Source: an uncultured Flavobacteriales bacterium (GTDB lineage Bacteria > Bacteroidota > Bacteroidia > Flavobacteriales_D > Parvicellaceae). From it: DNA of 64,000 nt. Position 1 is the first letter of the stretch. The number at the start of each line of letters is the position of its first letter. This document shows, piece by piece, positions 18,292 through 32,151 of the stretch. The position numbers and the translations under genes were made by a program. Location of the stretch: NCBI GenBank assembly GCA_938075455.1, contig CALJHN010000006.1:48182-112181 (forward strand), given 5' to 3'. The notes beneath the pieces are model-generated. The model worked only from the letters and a program-made list of their open reading frames with translations. It did no database searches and was not told the origin of the DNA.

Positions 18292-18655
18292 AACATCTAA
18301 AAAAGAAAAATTCTCTGTTGAAGTAATCATGGATGAGAATTTAATTCCAGAGAAATTAGAGTGGCACTCTAGCCAAGGAAAAGGAGAAAGTGAAAAGGCT
18401 TCAGCTGCACTTATTTACTTGTGGAATGCCAAAAAAAATGAAACTTTTAGTCTTGATTTATGGACAAAAAAAATGTCTGTTGAAGAAATGAATAAGATGA
18501 TGTTTCAAACCATAATGACACTTGCAAACTCCTATGAAAAAGCAACTAGTGAAGACCAATTGGCAAATGCAATGAGAGATTTTGCAGAATTTTTCGGTGA
18601 AAAAACAAAAATTATTCCTAGAAGTGGAAAATTTGATAGGGATGGGAAAGGATAA
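18278..18655 (+). CDS. gldC: Gliding-motility-associated protein GldC
   Basis: 125 aa; F.V.V.MDENLIPEKLEW ... LDLWTKKMSVEEMNKMMFQTIMTLA...MRDFAEFFGEK resembles the conserved GldC sequence pattern; overlaps gldB by 14 nt. Confidence 0.7.
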   Translation: MTQNKTSKKEKFSVEVIMDENLIPEKLEWHSSQGKGESEKASAALIYLWNAKKNETFSLDLWTKKMSVEEMNKMMFQTIMTLANSYEKATSEDQLANAMRDFAEFFGEKTKIIPRSGKFDRDGKG

Positions 18656-19313
18656 ACTTAAAAGGTTTTCTCAAATATTGACCTTTGGTAATGTTATTCA
18701 ACCAAAGATAAATTTCCATTCTGATGACGATGATTTAAAAGGAAACTGGTCCACAGTATTTAATAATGAAAACCCTTTAGTTCTAGAACTAGGGTGCGGA
18801 GGTGGAGAATACACAGTTGCTCTTGCAAAAGATTATCCCGACAAAAACTTTATTGGAATAGATATTAAAGGTGCTAGAATTTGGAAAGGAGCAAAAGATG
18901 CTTTAGACGAAGGTTTAAAAAATGTTAGATTTCTAAGAACAAAAGTAGATTTTATAACAAAGTTATTCGGTGAAAATGAAGTAAACGAAATATGGTTAAC
19001 ATTTTCAGATCCTCAACCAAAAAAGCCTAAGAAAAGATTAACTTCAAAACTATTCACAGAAAGATATCTAAAGTTTTTAAAAATTAATGGAGTTATTCAT
19101 TTAAAAACTGACAGTGATTTACTTTATAATTTCACTCTTGAAGAGATAAAATCAAATGATTTTAAATTGTTGAAAAATATAACCAATGTTTACAAAGAAT
19201 CTTATGAGAAGTCCCAAGAACTAAAGAAAAACCTTTTTATTAAAACTTTTTACGAGAAAAAATGGCTTGATTTAGAAAAGACAATAAAATATCTTGCTTT
19301 CAGCATTCACTAA
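18642..19313 (+). CDS. trmB: tRNA (guanine46-N7)-methyltransferase
   Basis: Start set at ATG 18642 (MGKDKLKRFSQ); SAM site LELGCGGGEY, FSDPQPKK motif. Confidence 0.9.
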   Translation: MGKDKLKRFSQILTFGNVIQPKINFHSDDDDLKGNWSTVFNNENPLVLELGCGGGEYTVALAKDYPDKNFIGIDIKGARIWKGAKDALDEGLKNVRFLRTKVDFITKLFGENEVNEIWLTFSDPQPKKPKKRLTSKLFTERYLKFLKINGVIHLKTDSDLLYNFTLEEIKSNDFKLLKNITNVYKESYEKSQELKKNLFIKTFYEKKWLDLEKTIKYLAFSIH

Positions 19314-19348
19314 TGACGAGTAGTAATAATATTTTGTAAATTAAATTT

Positions 19349-20161
19349 ATGAATTACCACTGGATTATTTCTTTATTAATCATCTGTCACTTTAATACAA
19401 AAGGACAAATATTTCAAAACAGCGGTGCTTTAAGCACTTCCATGTCTGGGCTAAATGTAAATAATGAAGATATTTGGAGTGTAAATAACAACATAAGTCA
19501 GCTTGCTAAAATTAAAAAGCCTAGATTAAGTATAAGTAGCTTTCAACCTTTCCTTATAAAGGATTTTACAACATCTAGTATTGTATTTGGATTACCAACA
19601 AAAAAAGGAGCGTTCGGTATGAGTTTCTCAACCACTGGAAATAAGCACCTTCAAATGCATAATGTTGGCTTTGGTTATTCTCAAAAATTAGGAGAGAATA
19701 TTCAAAGTGGAATCAAACTAAACTATTTTATGATTAATGCAGGGGATTATTACAATAAAAAATCTATTATATCTGCCGATATAGGTTTCTCTACAAGACT
19801 ATCCAATGAGCTACAAATTGGTGTATGTATTAAGAACCCCACTCTCACCAAACTTTCCAATTTTGACGACGAAAGATTGGCTACTAATGTTCAGCTTGCT
19901 GCAGGGTATCAATTTTCAAATGAATTAACTCTCCACACTGGGGTTGAAAAAAACATATTTTATCCAGCTTCTTTTTTAGCTGCAATAGAATACCAACCAA
20001 GTGAAAAAATATTTTTAAGTGGAGGGATTAAGTCCAATCCTAGTATAGCTTCCTTTGGAATTAGTATGACCCAAAAGCAATTTACAATTTGTGCAGCTAC
20101 ACAAATTCATCAGTTTTTAGGATGGAGTCCAGACTTAGCCATTATGTATCAATTTAAATAA
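19349..20161 (+). CDS. Outer-membrane beta-barrel protein, possibly PorQ/PorP-like T9SS-associated family
   Basis: 270 aa, signal peptide, N-terminal ALSTSMSGLNVNNEDIWSVNNNISQLA segment, alternating beta-strand pattern, ends AIMYQFK. Family guess is weak. Confidence 0.5.
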   Translation: MNYHWIISLLIICHFNTKGQIFQNSGALSTSMSGLNVNNEDIWSVNNNISQLAKIKKPRLSISSFQPFLIKDFTTSSIVFGLPTKKGAFGMSFSTTGNKHLQMHNVGFGYSQKLGENIQSGIKLNYFMINAGDYYNKKSIISADIGFSTRLSNELQIGVCIKNPTLTKLSNFDDERLATNVQLAAGYQFSNELTLHTGVEKNIFYPASFLAAIEYQPSEKIFLSGGIKSNPSIASFGISMTQKQFTICAATQIHQFLGWSPDLAIMYQFK

Positions 20162-20164
20162 TTT

Positions 20165-22339
20165 TTGAAGTTTCAAAAAAAATATTATTTATTAATAGTT
20201 GTTTTACTAGGAAACATCCTCTATTCTCAAAGTATTTACACAGTGCCCAATAAAAACAATGTTGTTTCGAATTCGTCTTCTAAGGAAATGAAAAAACAAT
20301 ATATAATAGAGCAGACTATTGAAAACATAGCGGAAAATAGCGAAGATGAAAACATTGACTATACGACACTATTTGATCAACTTAACTTTTACTATGAACA
20401 TCCTATAAATTTAAATAGAAAAGAAATAAAATTTGATTTAGAACAACTTATGTTACTAGACCAATTTCAGATAAAGTCTTTGATTAATCATAAAGAAAAA
20501 TATGGGAAATTTTTAAATATTTATGAATTACAAACTTTAAAATCTTTTTCATCGAGTGACATTAGAAAAATTCTTCCATTTATTGTAGTAAATGAAAACT
20601 TTGACGCTACCCATCTATCATTTTTAGAAATGCTGAATAAAGGAAAAAACGATGTTTTTTTTAGGTATTCTAGAGTTATTAACCCAACCATTGGACAGGC
20701 CCAACTAAGCGATAGTTCATGGCTTAGTTCGCCAAATAGTAAAACACTTGGATCGGCAGACAATTTATATATGCGTTACAGATTTAAATACCAAAATCAC
20801 TTAAGTTTTGGCATTACTTCAGAAAAAGATGCTGGTGAAACTTTTTTGGGAAATCCTCAAGCAGAAAACTTATTTGATTTACAAAGACCTAAGGGATTTG
20901 ATTTTTATTCTGCTCATTTTTTTTTAAAGGAAGTTGGTAAAATTGATGTTTTGGCGATTGGAGATTATCATATTCAACTTGGACAAGGGTTGACGTTCTG
21001 GTCTGGTTTGGCAATGGGTAAATCCTCCAACGTAATGAGTTTAAAGAGAAGTGCTGTTGGAATTAAACCATATGCTTCAGTTGATGAAAACGCTTTTTTG
21101 AGAGGAGGTGCATTTTCTGTGAAACTAAAAAAAATTAAGTTACTTGCTTTTGCATCCAAAAAAAATATTGATGCAAATATTGTTGAGGACACCACTGCTC
21201 AGGACGGCTCTTTAATAGTAAGTAGTTTTCAGGCTTCTGGAATTCATAGCACAATTAGTCAAATTGAAGATAAGGATGCAATTGAAGAAAATATTATCGG
21301 AGGAGAAATATCTTATCAAAATAAATTTATGAATTTTGGTCTTACGGGTGCTTTTACAAAATACAATGGTTCTTTAGAAAGATCTTTAACTACCTATAAT
21401 CAATTTGAATTTAACCAAAATCAAAATTTCGTTCAAGGCTTTCATTATAGTATCGTTAAGAGAAATTTTAATCTTTATGGCGAAAGTAGTAGAAGTAATA
21501 ACGGAGGATTAGCAAATCTTCATGGACTGATGGCCTCTTTACATCCAAATCTTGCACTGTCAATTTTTTATAGAAATTATGGTAGAAATTACCAAACTAT
21601 TTATGCCAATGCTATTGGTGAAGGAAGTAGACCCATTAATGAAAAAGGTCTTTTTACTGGATTACAATTTAAACTAAATAATTTTTGGGAAATCTCTTCT
21701 TACTTTGATCAATTTCAGTTTCCTTGGATGAAATACCAAGTGAGTAAACCAAATACAAATGGAATAGATGGATTTATTCAAATCTTATATCATCCAACTA
21801 AAAAATTAAATATTTATGCTAGAATTAGACATAGAGATAAACCATATAATGAAAGTGAAAGTATCGAAAGAAGTATAACTAATATTTATAATATTAGCCA
21901 ATGGAATTTTAGACTAAATATCAATGCAGTGGTTTCTGAGTCTATAAGAATTCGAAATAGAATTGAATACTGTTCCTATCTAAGATATGGTTTAGAGAGA
22001 GAAAATGGAATTTTACTTTTGCAGGATATCACATATAAACCCAAGGAAAGTAAATTTTCTTTTACGGCAAGATTTGCTTTGTTTGACACGGATTCTTACA
22101 ATTCAAGAATATACAGTTACGAAAATGATGTTTTGTATTATTTTAGAATACCTGCTTACTATTTCCAAGGTGCAAGAACTTATATTACTTCAAGATATCA
22201 ATTTAAAAAAGGGATAGATTTATGGATAAGGTGGGGAACATGGATGTATACTAACCGAGATAATATTGGTTCAGGACTAAACGAAATCAATGGCTCTTCA
22301 AAGTCTGAAATTAGAGCTCAGCTAAGAATACAATTTTAA
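20165..22339 (+). CDS. Helix-hairpin-helix (ComEA-like) domain protein with large C-terminal putative beta-barrel
   Basis: 724 aa, TTG start 3 nt after previous stop, signal peptide; residues ~85-142 [51 protein letters not shown] look like tandem HhH motifs; remainder beta-rich, ends RAQLRIQF. Confidence 0.65.
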   Translation: MKFQKKYYLLIVVLLGNILYSQSIYTVPNKNNVVSNSSSKEMKKQYIIEQTIENIAENSEDENIDYTTLFDQLNFYYEHPINLNRKEIKFDLEQLMLLDQFQIKSLINHKEKYGKFLNIYELQTLKSFSSSDIRKILPFIVVNENFDATHLSFLEMLNKGKNDVFFRYSRVINPTIGQAQLSDSSWLSSPNSKTLGSADNLYMRYRFKYQNHLSFGITSEKDAGETFLGNPQAENLFDLQRPKGFDFYSAHFFLKEVGKIDVLAIGDYHIQLGQGLTFWSGLAMGKSSNVMSLKRSAVGIKPYASVDENAFLRGGAFSVKLKKIKLLAFASKKNIDANIVEDTTAQDGSLIVSSFQASGIHSTISQIEDKDAIEENIIGGEISYQNKFMNFGLTGAFTKYNGSLERSLTTYNQFEFNQNQNFVQGFHYSIVKRNFNLYGESSRSNNGGLANLHGLMASLHPNLALSIFYRNYGRNYQTIYANAIGEGSRPINEKGLFTGLQFKLNNFWEISSYFDQFQFPWMKYQVSKPNTNGIDGFIQILYHPTKKLNIYARIRHRDKPYNESESIERSITNIYNISQWNFRLNINAVVSESIRIRNRIEYCSYLRYGLERENGILLLQDITYKPKESKFSFTARFALFDTDSYNSRIYSYENDVLYYFRIPAYYFQGARTYITSRYQFKKGIDLWIRWGTWMYTNRDNIGSGLNEINGSSKSEIRAQLRIQF

Positions 22340-24561
22340 AATTCATTAATTATTTTATTTAGAGTAATACTTGGGCACATTGCACTTTTTGCCAATTTTG
22401 TATCCAACAAATAATAACCATCTAAATCTTGTTTGGAACCCTGAGATTTAATTAATTCATCTATAATTAGATCTTCATTTAAGTTGAACTTATTATATAA
22501 TTCTTCAAAAATATTTGATAATTCCTTATCTTGCTGTTGTTTGTACAGTGCTTCTGCCCAGTAGTAAGCAATATAAAAATGACTTCCTCTATTATCAATA
22601 CCTCCTAATTTTCTTGTAGGGGATTTATTTTCTAACAAAAGTTTTTCTGTAGCTTTGTCTAGAGATTGACCCAATATTTTACATTTGTTACTGCTATACT
22701 TTTCAGCCATGTGCTCTAGAGAAACTGCCAATGCTAGAAATTCCCCCAAAGAATCCCATCTTAAGTATCCTTGATTTACAAATTGTTGAACATGTTTTGG
22801 AGCTGATCCACCAGCACCTGTTTCAAAAAGACCTCCACCGTTCATTAAAGGAACTATAGACAACATTTTAGCACTTGTCCCTAATTCTAGTATTGGAAAT
22901 AAATCGGTAAGATAATCTCTTAAAACATTCCCTGTAACAGAAATAGTGTCCAACCCTTTACTTAACCTTAATAAGGTAAATTTTGTAGCTTCCTTTGGAG
23001 ACAGAATATGAATTTCTAAATCTTTAGCATCCAATTCTTTCAGAGATAAGTTAACCTTTTGAATAATTTGTCTATCGTGAGAACGATTACTATCTAACCA
23101 GAAAACTGCGGGTGTATTAGTAGCGTTAGCTCTAGAAACAGCAAGTTTTACCCAATCCTGTATAGGAGCATCTTTCACTTGACACATTCTAAAAATATCT
23201 CCTTTACTAACAGATTGTTCTAAGAGCGTTTTTCCGGTAGAATCTACAACTTTTATAGTTCCATTATTAGCTGATTGAAATGTTTTATCGTGAGATCCGT
23301 ATTCTTCAGCTTTTTGGGCCATTAAACCAACATTGGAAACACTTCCCATAGTAACAGGATCAAAAGCACCATTTTCTTTACAAAAATCAATAGTTTCCTG
23401 AAAAACTTCTGCATAAGAACGATCTGGGATAACAGCTTTTGCATCTTGAAGCTTGCCATTTTTATTCCACATTTTTCCGGAACTTCTAATCATGGCAGGC
23501 ATCGAAGCATCTATAATAATATCACTTGGTACATGTAGATTTGTAATTCCTTTTTCTGAATCTACCATTGCTAAATCAGGGTTTGATTTATTTATTTCAC
23601 TTATATCAGATAAAATATTTTCTTTCAATTCTGAATCTAAAAGATCAAGTTTATTAAATAAATCTCCATATCCATTTTTCAATTCAACTCCAACGCCTTC
23701 TAAGTCTTTACCATACTTGACAATTAAATCTTTGTAAAAAACTTCAACACATTTTCCAAAAATTATTGGGTCAGATACTTTCATCATAGTTGCTTTCATA
23801 TGAAGAGAAAACAACAATCCTTTATCTTTAGCGTCCTGAATTTGAGTTTCGAAAAATGATTCAAGATTTTTGATTTTCATTACTGAAGTATCCATAATTT
23901 CACCCTTTAGCAATGAAAAATCATCTTTTAATATAGTTTTTAATCCATTTTCATCCTGAAAAATAATTTTAACAGATTTTTCAGTGTCAATAGTTAAAGA
24001 TTTTTCAGTACCATAAAAGTCTCCTTCCTGCATACTAGAGACATGTGTTTTAGAATTATTAGACCACTCACCCATTTGGTGGGGATGATTTTTTGCAAAG
24101 TTCTTAACTGCTTTTGGCGCTCTTCTATCTGAATTCCCCTCTCTTAAGACAGGGTTTACTGCACTTCCTTTAATCGTATTATATATAGCTTTAATATTAT
24201 TTTCTTCTTCATTTATTGGTTCTTCCGGATAGTCTGGTATGAAAAAGCCTTTAGACTGAAGTTCCTTAATTGCAGATTTTAACTGTGGTATTGATGCACT
24301 AATATTTGGTAGTTTGATGATATTTGCATCTGGACTTTTTGCTAAATCACCTAAAAAGGCCAAATCATCTTCTATAATTTGATCTTTATTTAAGTATCCA
24401 GGAAATTGAGAAAGTATCCTAGCAGACAAGGAAATATCTTTGATATCAATGGAAATATCTGCAAACTTTAAAAACATCTTTATGATAGGTAAAAATGAAA
24501 TGGTTGCTAAAGCCGGAGCTTCATCTGTTTTGGTATAATAAATTATTTTCTTACGAGTCAT
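22336..24561 (-). CDS. icd: Isocitrate dehydrogenase (NADP+), monomeric type
   Basis: ~741 aa from ATG 24561 ([20 protein letters not shown]...), the characteristic N-terminus and length of monomeric IDH. Confidence 0.92.
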   Translation of the reverse strand: MTRKKIIYYTKTDEAPALATISFLPIIKMFLKFADISIDIKDISLSARILSQFPGYLNKDQIIEDDLAFLGDLAKSPDANIIKLPNISASIPQLKSAIKELQSKGFFIPDYPEEPINEEENNIKAIYNTIKGSAVNPVLREGNSDRRAPKAVKNFAKNHPHQMGEWSNNSKTHVSSMQEGDFYGTEKSLTIDTEKSVKIIFQDENGLKTILKDDFSLLKGEIMDTSVMKIKNLESFFETQIQDAKDKGLLFSLHMKATMMKVSDPIIFGKCVEVFYKDLIVKYGKDLEGVGVELKNGYGDLFNKLDLLDSELKENILSDISEINKSNPDLAMVDSEKGITNLHVPSDIIIDASMPAMIRSSGKMWNKNGKLQDAKAVIPDRSYAEVFQETIDFCKENGAFDPVTMGSVSNVGLMAQKAEEYGSHDKTFQSANNGTIKVVDSTGKTLLEQSVSKGDIFRMCQVKDAPIQDWVKLAVSRANATNTPAVFWLDSNRSHDRQIIQKVNLSLKELDAKDLEIHILSPKEATKFTLLRLSKGLDTISVTGNVLRDYLTDLFPILELGTSAKMLSIVPLMNGGGLFETGAGGSAPKHVQQFVNQGYLRWDSLGEFLALAVSLEHMAEKYSSNKCKILGQSLDKATEKLLLENKSPTRKLGGIDNRGSHFYIAYYWAEALYKQQQDKELSNIFEELYNKFNLNEDLIIDELIKSQGSKQDLDGYYLLDTKLAKSAMCPSITLNKIINEF

Positions 24562-24615
24562 ATTAGATGCAATTGAAATGTCCAAAAATTGAGAACAAAG
24601 AAACAACAAAATGGT

Positions 24616-26686
<2,071 letters not shown>

Positions 26687-26689
26687 TTA

Positions 26690-27781
26690 TTATTTTTTAA
26701 TATTTTCTATAAATTGGTCAAATAAATATCTTGAATCATTTGGTCCTGGTGATGATTCAGGATGGTATTGAACTGAAAATGCATTTTTACCAATTATAGA
26801 AATACCAGCTACAGTATTGTCATTTAAATGTTCATGAGTTAATTCAATACCCGAATGATTGACTACATCATGTCTTTTGACTACGAATCCATGATTTTGT
26901 GAAGTTATTTCGCACTTATTGGTAATTAAATTCTTTACTGGATGATTTATTCCTCTGTGTCCGTTGTACATCTTTTCTGTTTTCAAGCCTTGAGAAAGGG
27001 CTAAAATTTGATGTCCGAGACATATTCCAAATATGGGATAATTTAAATTAACCAATTCTTTGACTACACCAATTGAATGTTTCAAAGGCTCAGGATCTCC
27101 TGGACCATTGGACAACATTATTCCATCTGGCTCGTAGTTTGTAATTTGTTCTAAAGATACATCGTAAGGGAATACTTTTACCTTACAACCTCTTTCATTT
27201 AAGCATCTAATTATATTTTTTTTAACTCCAAAATCAATTAGAGCCACTTTTATTGGTCCTTCACCAATTTCATAAGATTCTTGGACAGATACTTTTGATG
27301 CCAGTTCTAAACCTTTCATACTAGGAGCCTTTTTTAGAAGTTCATTCAGTTCTTTATCTGATTTATTTTCAGATGAAATAACTGCATTTTGGGCTCCATT
27401 TTCTCTTATATAACTAATTAGGGCTCGAGTGTCAATATCTTTAATACCTACTACATTGTCAGAAATAAGAAAATCATTTAAAAGTTGGTTTTCAACTCCA
27501 TATCTTGAAAAATGATGAGCAAACTTTTTGACAACTAAACCCTTAATTTGAGAGTTATTTGATTCAACCTCAAACTTATTAGTACCATAATTTCCAATAT
27601 GGGCGTTGGCCATGGTTATGATTTGACCATGATAAGATGGATCAGTAAATATCTCTTGGTAACCTGTCATACCAGTATTGAAAGCAATTTCTCCAGTAGC
27701 AGTACCTATTTTACCACATGAGTTACCGTGAAAGGTAGTACCATCAGATAAAACTAAAATAGCATTTGAGTTATTTGACAT
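26690..27781 (-). CDS. carA: Carbamoyl-phosphate synthase small (glutaminase) subunit
   Basis: 363 aa; GICLGHQ catalytic Cys, VQYHPE His-Glu; carB is not adjacent. Confidence 0.94.
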   Translation of the reverse strand: MSNNSNAILVLSDGTTFHGNSCGKIGTATGEIAFNTGMTGYQEIFTDPSYHGQIITMANAHIGNYGTNKFEVESNNSQIKGLVVKKFAHHFSRYGVENQLLNDFLISDNVVGIKDIDTRALISYIRENGAQNAVISSENKSDKELNELLKKAPSMKGLELASKVSVQESYEIGEGPIKVALIDFGVKKNIIRCLNERGCKVKVFPYDVSLEQITNYEPDGIMLSNGPGDPEPLKHSIGVVKELVNLNYPIFGICLGHQILALSQGLKTEKMYNGHRGINHPVKNLITNKCEITSQNHGFVVKRHDVVNHSGIELTHEHLNDNTVAGISIIGKNAFSVQYHPESSPGPNDSRYLFDQFIENIKK

Positions 27782-27788
27782 AGTACTA

Positions 27789-27796
27789 CAAAATTA
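27789..27796 (-). promoter_or_regulatory. Candidate -7 box TAATTTTG for carA-eno
   Basis: Plus strand CAAAATTA 27789-27796, 7 nt upstream of carA ATG (27781), directly downstream of the rplQ terminator; implies a near-leaderless mRNA. Confidence 0.3.
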
Positions 27797-27830
27797 TATT
27801 TTACATTAAGAAATAGAAATTTTTTATTGC

Positions 27831-27860
27831 AAAAAAAAAGGTAGTTATTAACTACCTTTT
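27831..27860 (-). terminator. Rho-independent terminator ending the ribosomal superoperon after rplQ
   Basis: 10-bp stem 27837-27846 (AAAGGTAGTT) / 27851-27860 (AACTACCTTT), 4-nt loop; on the minus strand the hairpin is followed by a U-run (plus-strand A9 at 27831-27839). About 20 nt downstream of the rplQ stop. Confidence 0.7.
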
Positions 27861-27879
27861 ATAAATAAGTTTTTAAAAT

Positions 27880-28491
27880 CTATTTATCCTGGTCTTCATC
27901 AGGTTTGGAATCATCATTATTAGAATCATCCTCCAATGGTGGTTTTTCCTCAGAATCAACAACCTTATTAATTTCTGGATTCTCAGATTCAACTTCATTT
28001 ATTTCTGCAGGAGTTTCCTCAACAATAACTGCCTCCTCAATATTTTCGGAAACTTTTGCAGTTGCATTAGAGGATTTCTTACCACCTCTTCTTCTTGATT
28101 TTTTCTTAGTTGTTTGATTTTTTGTAAATAATTCATTAAAATCGACTAATTCAATCATTGCCATTTCAGCGTTATCACCCAAACGATTATTCAATTTTAT
28201 AATTCTGGTATATCCACCAGGGCGATTGTTAATCTTTGGAGCAACATCTCTAAAAAGAACTGAAGAAGCATCTTTGTCTCTAAGATATTTAAAGACTATC
28301 CTTCTATTATGAGTTGTATCTTCTTTAGATTTAGTTATTAAAGGCTCAACATACTTTCTTAATGCTTTTGCTTTTGCTAGAGTAGTATTGATTCTTTTGT
28401 GTTCTATCAATGAACAGGCCATATTAGACAACATTGCACTTCTGTGCGCAGTTTTTCTGCTCAAATGATTTATTTTTTTCCCATGTCTCAT
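27880..28491 (-). CDS. rplQ: 50S ribosomal protein L17 with ~85-aa basic-then-acidic C-terminal extension
   Basis: [21 protein letters not shown]... core ~118 aa, then [11 protein letters not shown] and an E/D/N-rich tail to 203 aa. Confidence 0.95.
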   Translation of the reverse strand: MRHGKKINHLSRKTAHRSAMLSNMACSLIEHKRINTTLAKAKALRKYVEPLITKSKEDTTHNRRIVFKYLRDKDASSVLFRDVAPKINNRPGGYTRIIKLNNRLGDNAEMAMIELVDFNELFTKNQTTKKKSRRRGGKKSSNATAKVSENIEEAVIVEETPAEINEVESENPEINKVVDSEEKPPLEDDSNNDDSKPDEDQDK

Positions 28492-28520
28492 GTCTTCTTA
28501 TTTAAAACTTAGAAATACTA

Positions 28521-29513
28521 TTAATCTCTATCTAATTTATACCTTGAAACATCCATTCCAAAAGACAATCCTTTAGACTCTATTAAATCGTCTAGTTCTG
28601 TTAGAGATTTTTTTCCAAAGTTCCTGAATTTCAATAAATCATTTTTGTTGTAAGCAACTAGTTCTCCTAAAGTTTCAACATCAGCAGCTTTCAAACAATT
28701 CAAAGCTCTTACAGATAAATCCATATCCACTAATCTTGTTTTAAGAAGTTGTCTCATATGAAGCGATGTTTCATCAAATTCTTCCGTTTCAGATTTCTCA
28801 TCCTCGTCTAAAGTTATTTTCTCATCAGAGAAAAGCATAAAGTGATGAATTAGAATTCTAGCAGCTTCTTTAAGTGCTTCTTTAGGGTGAATAGAACCGT
28901 CTGAATCTATGTCAAATATTAATTTTTCATAATCAGTTTTCTGCTCAACTCTAAAGTTTTCAATTGTATATTTTACATTTCTTATTGGCGTAAAAATAGA
29001 ATCGGTAAAAATAGTACCTATAGCTGCATTCTCAGTTTTATTTTCTTCAGCAGGAACATAACCACGGCCTTTAACAATTGTTAATTGAATATTAAGTTTT
29101 ACAGTTTTTTCCATATGACAAATGATATGGTCTGTATTTAGAACTTGAAAGGATGATGTGAATTTACCAATGTCTCCAGCAGTAAAAGTATCTTGTCCAG
29201 AAAGAGAAATATTTACTTCTTCAAAATCTGAATCCTCAATCTGTCTTTTAAATCTCACTTGTTTAAGATTTAATACTATTTCAGTTACATCTTCAACAAT
29301 CCCTTTAATTGTAGAAAACTCGTGATCTACACCTTCTATCTTGATTGAAGATATTGCAAAACCTTCAATAGAATTTAATAAAATTCTTCTTAGTGCATTA
29401 CCAACTGTAATTCCGTATCCTGGTTCAAGTGGTCTAAACTCAAACTGTCCACGAAAGTCAGAAGATTCTAACATTATTACTTTTTCTGGTTTTTGGAAAT
29501 CTAAAATTGCCAT
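28521..29513 (-). CDS. rpoA: DNA-directed RNA polymerase alpha subunit
   Basis: 330 aa; [21 protein letters not shown]-terminal domain, C-terminal [10 protein letters not shown] HhH domain. Confidence 0.97.
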   Translation of the reverse strand: MAILDFQKPEKVIMLESSDFRGQFEFRPLEPGYGITVGNALRRILLNSIEGFAISSIKIEGVDHEFSTIKGIVEDVTEIVLNLKQVRFKRQIEDSDFEEVNISLSGQDTFTAGDIGKFTSSFQVLNTDHIICHMEKTVKLNIQLTIVKGRGYVPAEENKTENAAIGTIFTDSIFTPIRNVKYTIENFRVEQKTDYEKLIFDIDSDGSIHPKEALKEAARILIHHFMLFSDEKITLDEDEKSETEEFDETSLHMRQLLKTRLVDMDLSVRALNCLKAADVETLGELVAYNKNDLLKFRNFGKKSLTELDDLIESKGLSFGMDVSRYKLDRD

Positions 29514-29537
29514 ATTATTTATTTTTAAGTACTCTAA

Positions 29538-30143
29538 TTATTTAGAGTAAAGTTCTACAATTAATTGTTCTTTAATATTTTCTGATATCTGTTCTCTTGT
29601 TGGAATAGCCTTTAATTCTCCTGATAGAGAGTTGTTATCCCACAACAGCCACTCATGTACCGCATTTTCGGAGCTTAGTGAAGAAGAAATAATAATCATT
29701 GATTTTGATTTTTCTCTAACACCAACAACATCACCTACTTTTAAAGTATATGATGGGATATTTACAATACTTCCATTTACCGTTATGTGTCTATGGGAAA
29801 CCAATTGTCTTGCTCCTCTACGAGTTGGAGAAATGCCTAGTCTAAATACAATATTATCTAATCTCTGCTCACATAATTGGAGCAATATTACACCAGATAT
29901 TCCAGATTTTGAAGAAGCTTTTTTAAACATATTTGAAAATTGCTTCTCCAAGATGCCATAAGTATATTTAGCTTTCTGTTTTTCAGCGAGCTGAATAGCA
30001 TATTCTGATTTTTTACCTCTTCTTTTATTGGGACCATGCATCCCAGGTGGATAATTCTTTTTTTCTAGAGCTTTGTCTGGGCCGAATATTGGCTCTCTGA
30101 ACTTTCTAGCGATTTTTGATTTAGGACCGTTGTATCTTGCCAT
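29538..30143 (-). CDS. rpsD: 30S ribosomal protein S4
   Basis: [15 protein letters not shown]..., S4 RNA-binding domain [10 protein letters not shown]. Confidence 0.97.
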   Translation of the reverse strand: MARYNGPKSKIARKFREPIFGPDKALEKKNYPPGMHGPNKRRGKKSEYAIQLAEKQKAKYTYGILEKQFSNMFKKASSKSGISGVILLQLCEQRLDNIVFRLGISPTRRGARQLVSHRHITVNGSIVNIPSYTLKVGDVVGVREKSKSMIIISSSLSSENAVHEWLLWDNNSLSGELKAIPTREQISENIKEQLIVELYSK

Positions 30144-30220
30144 TTTTTTTAATTTTTTAAAAGTTTATAATGAATTAAGGTCAGTATCCTTCGATTTAAC
30201 AAACTTTTATTATTTATTTA

Positions 30221-30604
30221 TTATACTCTTCTTCTTTTTGGAGGTCTACATCCATTATGAGGTATTGGAGTTACATCAACAATTTCAGTTACTTCAATTC
30301 CATTATTATGGATACTTCTAATAGCAGATTCTCTACCTGCACCAGGACCTTTAACATAAACTTTTACTTTTCTCAATCCAAACTCAAATGCTTCTTTACT
30401 GCATTCTTCAGCGGCAATTTGAGCTGCATAAGGTGTGTTTTTCTTAGAACCTCTAAATCCCATCTTCCCTGCAGATGACCATGAAATAACTTGTCCTTTT
30501 TCATTACATAAAGAAATTATTATGTTGTTAAAAGAAGCTTGAATATGCGCTTCTCCAACAGGATTAATCTGTACGTTTTTTTTCTTTTTTGATTGCTTAG
30601 CCAT
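30221..30604 (-). CDS. rpsK: 30S ribosomal protein S11
   Basis: [16 protein letters not shown]...[16 protein letters not shown]. Confidence 0.97.
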   Translation of the reverse strand: MAKQSKKKKNVQINPVGEAHIQASFNNIIISLCNEKGQVISWSSAGKMGFRGSKKNTPYAAQIAAEECSKEAFEFGLRKVKVYVKGPGAGRESAIRSIHNNGIEVTEIVDVTPIPHNGCRPPKRRRV

Positions 30605-30622
30605 AAAATTATGTCTTAAATA

Positions 30623-31000
30623 TTATTTAGTTGCTTTTTTCTTATTAGCAACGGTTTTTCTTTTTCCTTTTCTAGTTCTAGAATTATTTTTTGTTCTTTG
30701 TCCTCTGAGAGGCAAACCATTTCTGTGTCTAATTCCTCTTTGAGATCCGATGTCCATTAATCTCTTTATGTTTAGTTGAACTTCAGATCTTAGAGCACCC
30801 TCAACTTTATAAGTTTCAGAAATTAACTTTCTGATTTTTCCTAATTGGTCATCGTTCCAGTCTTGTACTTTGACACTTTCGTCAATTCCAGCTTCTGCTA
30901 GAATATTTTCTGCAGTACTCCTTCCAATGCCATATATATAGGTTAAACCTATGACACCTCTTTTGTTTTTTGGTAAATCAATACCTGCTATTCTTGCCAT
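30623..31000 (-). CDS. rpsM: 30S ribosomal protein S13
   Basis: [26 protein letters not shown]... Confidence 0.97.
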   Translation of the reverse strand: MARIAGIDLPKNKRGVIGLTYIYGIGRSTAENILAEAGIDESVKVQDWNDDQLGKIRKLISETYKVEGALRSEVQLNIKRLMDIGSQRGIRHRNGLPLRGQRTKNNSRTRKGKRKTVANKKKATK

Positions 31001-31006
31001 AATATA

Positions 31007-31123
31007 TTATCCTTGTCTTTGTTTGAACTTAGGGTTCTTTTTATTGATTACATACAACCTTCCTTTACGTCTTACAATTTTGCAATCCGCTGATCTTTTT
31101 TTTATAGATGCTCTTACTTTCAT
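31007..31123 (-). CDS. rpmJ: 50S ribosomal protein L36 (Cys-poor, non-zinc form)
   Basis: Not in ORF track (38 aa). My translation: [38 protein letters not shown], stop TAA at 31009-31007; sits between infA and rpsM as expected. Confidence 0.93.
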   Translation of the reverse strand: MKVRASIKKRSADCKIVRRKGRLYVINKKNPKFKQRQG

Positions 31124-31130
31124 TTTTTAA

Positions 31131-31349
31131 TTATTTGTATCTAAACGTAATTCTTCCTTTGGTCAAATCATAGGGTGACATTTCAACTTTTACTTTGTCT
31201 CCTGGTAAAATTCTAATATAGTGCATTCTCATTTTACCTGAAATATGGGCAGTTATTATATGTCCATTCTCAAGTTCAACTCTAAACATTGCATTTGACA
31301 ATGCTTCTGTTATAGTGCCATCTTGCTCTATTGATGTCTGTTTAGCCAT
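31131..31349 (-). CDS. infA: Translation initiation factor IF-1
   Basis: 72 aa; [32 protein letters not shown]. Confidence 0.97.
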   Translation of the reverse strand: MAKQTSIEQDGTITEALSNAMFRVELENGHIITAHISGKMRMHYIRILPGDKVKVEMSPYDLTKGRITFRYK

Positions 31350-31350
31350 A

Positions 31351-32139
31351 CTATTTTTTGACTTTATTATTTAATACTTTTTCTATTTCTTCAAATGATG
31401 ATAAAACTTCAGGTAATCCATTCCTTGAAATCGCTACGTCGTGCTCAAAATGTGCAGAAGGAAGATTATCTTTAGTAAGGATAGTCCATCCGTCATCAAG
31501 CTGAATTATTTCTTTTTTGCCTAGATTAATCATAGGCTCAATAGCTAAAACTAGTCCAGGTTTCAATTTAAGTCCTCTACCTTTTTTTCCATAATTTGGA
31601 ACTTCTGGTTTTTCGTGCAGTGACCTTCCTAATCCATGACCAACGAGTTCTCTAACTACACCATAACCATTTGATTCAGCATGGCTTTGAACTGCAAAAC
31701 CAATATCACCAATTCTATTCCCCGATCTGGTCTTTTCTATTGCCAAGTCTAAAGATTCCTTAGTTATTCGAAGAAGATTTTTGATCTCATCAGAAACTTC
31801 ACCTACCTCAAATGTATATGCTGAATCTCCATAAAACTCATCCATTAGAACACCACAATCAACGGATACTATGTCTCCATCAACCAATTGTTTGTCATTA
31901 GGAATACCATGAACTACAGCGCTATTAACAGATGTGCAAAGTGTATTAGGAAAACCTCCATATCCAAGAAATCCAGGAATTGCATTATTATCTCTAATAA
32001 ACTCTTCTGCAACTTTATCCAAATCAAGCGTTGTAACACCTGGTTCAATTATTTTAGCAACTTCTGCTAAAGTTTTACCAACAAGCAAAGAACTTTTTTT
32101 AATTCGTTCAATTTCTTCTCCAGTTTTATAAAAAATCAT
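31351..32139 (-). CDS. map: Methionine aminopeptidase, type I
   Basis: 262 aa; metal ligands in [37 protein letters not shown]. Confidence 0.95.
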   Translation of the reverse strand: MIFYKTGEEIERIKKSSLLVGKTLAEVAKIIEPGVTTLDLDKVAEEFIRDNNAIPGFLGYGGFPNTLCTSVNSAVVHGIPNDKQLVDGDIVSVDCGVLMDEFYGDSAYTFEVGEVSDEIKNLLRITKESLDLAIEKTRSGNRIGDIGFAVQSHAESNGYGVVRELVGHGLGRSLHEKPEVPNYGKKGRGLKLKPGLVLAIEPMINLGKKEIIQLDDGWTILTKDNLPSAHFEHDVAISRNGLPEVLSSFEEIEKVLNNKVKK

Positions 32140-32151
32140 GGAAAAGATTTG

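Noticed and set aside
18362-18376. TGGCAC hexamer as a sigma-54 -24 element (searched for because a sigma-54 activator is present)
   Set aside because: It lies inside gldC coding sequence and has CCAA, not TTGC, at the -12 spacing. I found no GG-N10-GC promoter by eye in any intergenic region of the window.
30144-30220. The 77-bp rpsK-rpsD spacer as an internal promoter or S4 autoregulatory RNA structure
   Set aside because: There is no TAnnTTTG box on the minus strand and only a trivial 4-bp stem (AAGG/CCTT), which is insufficient evidence.
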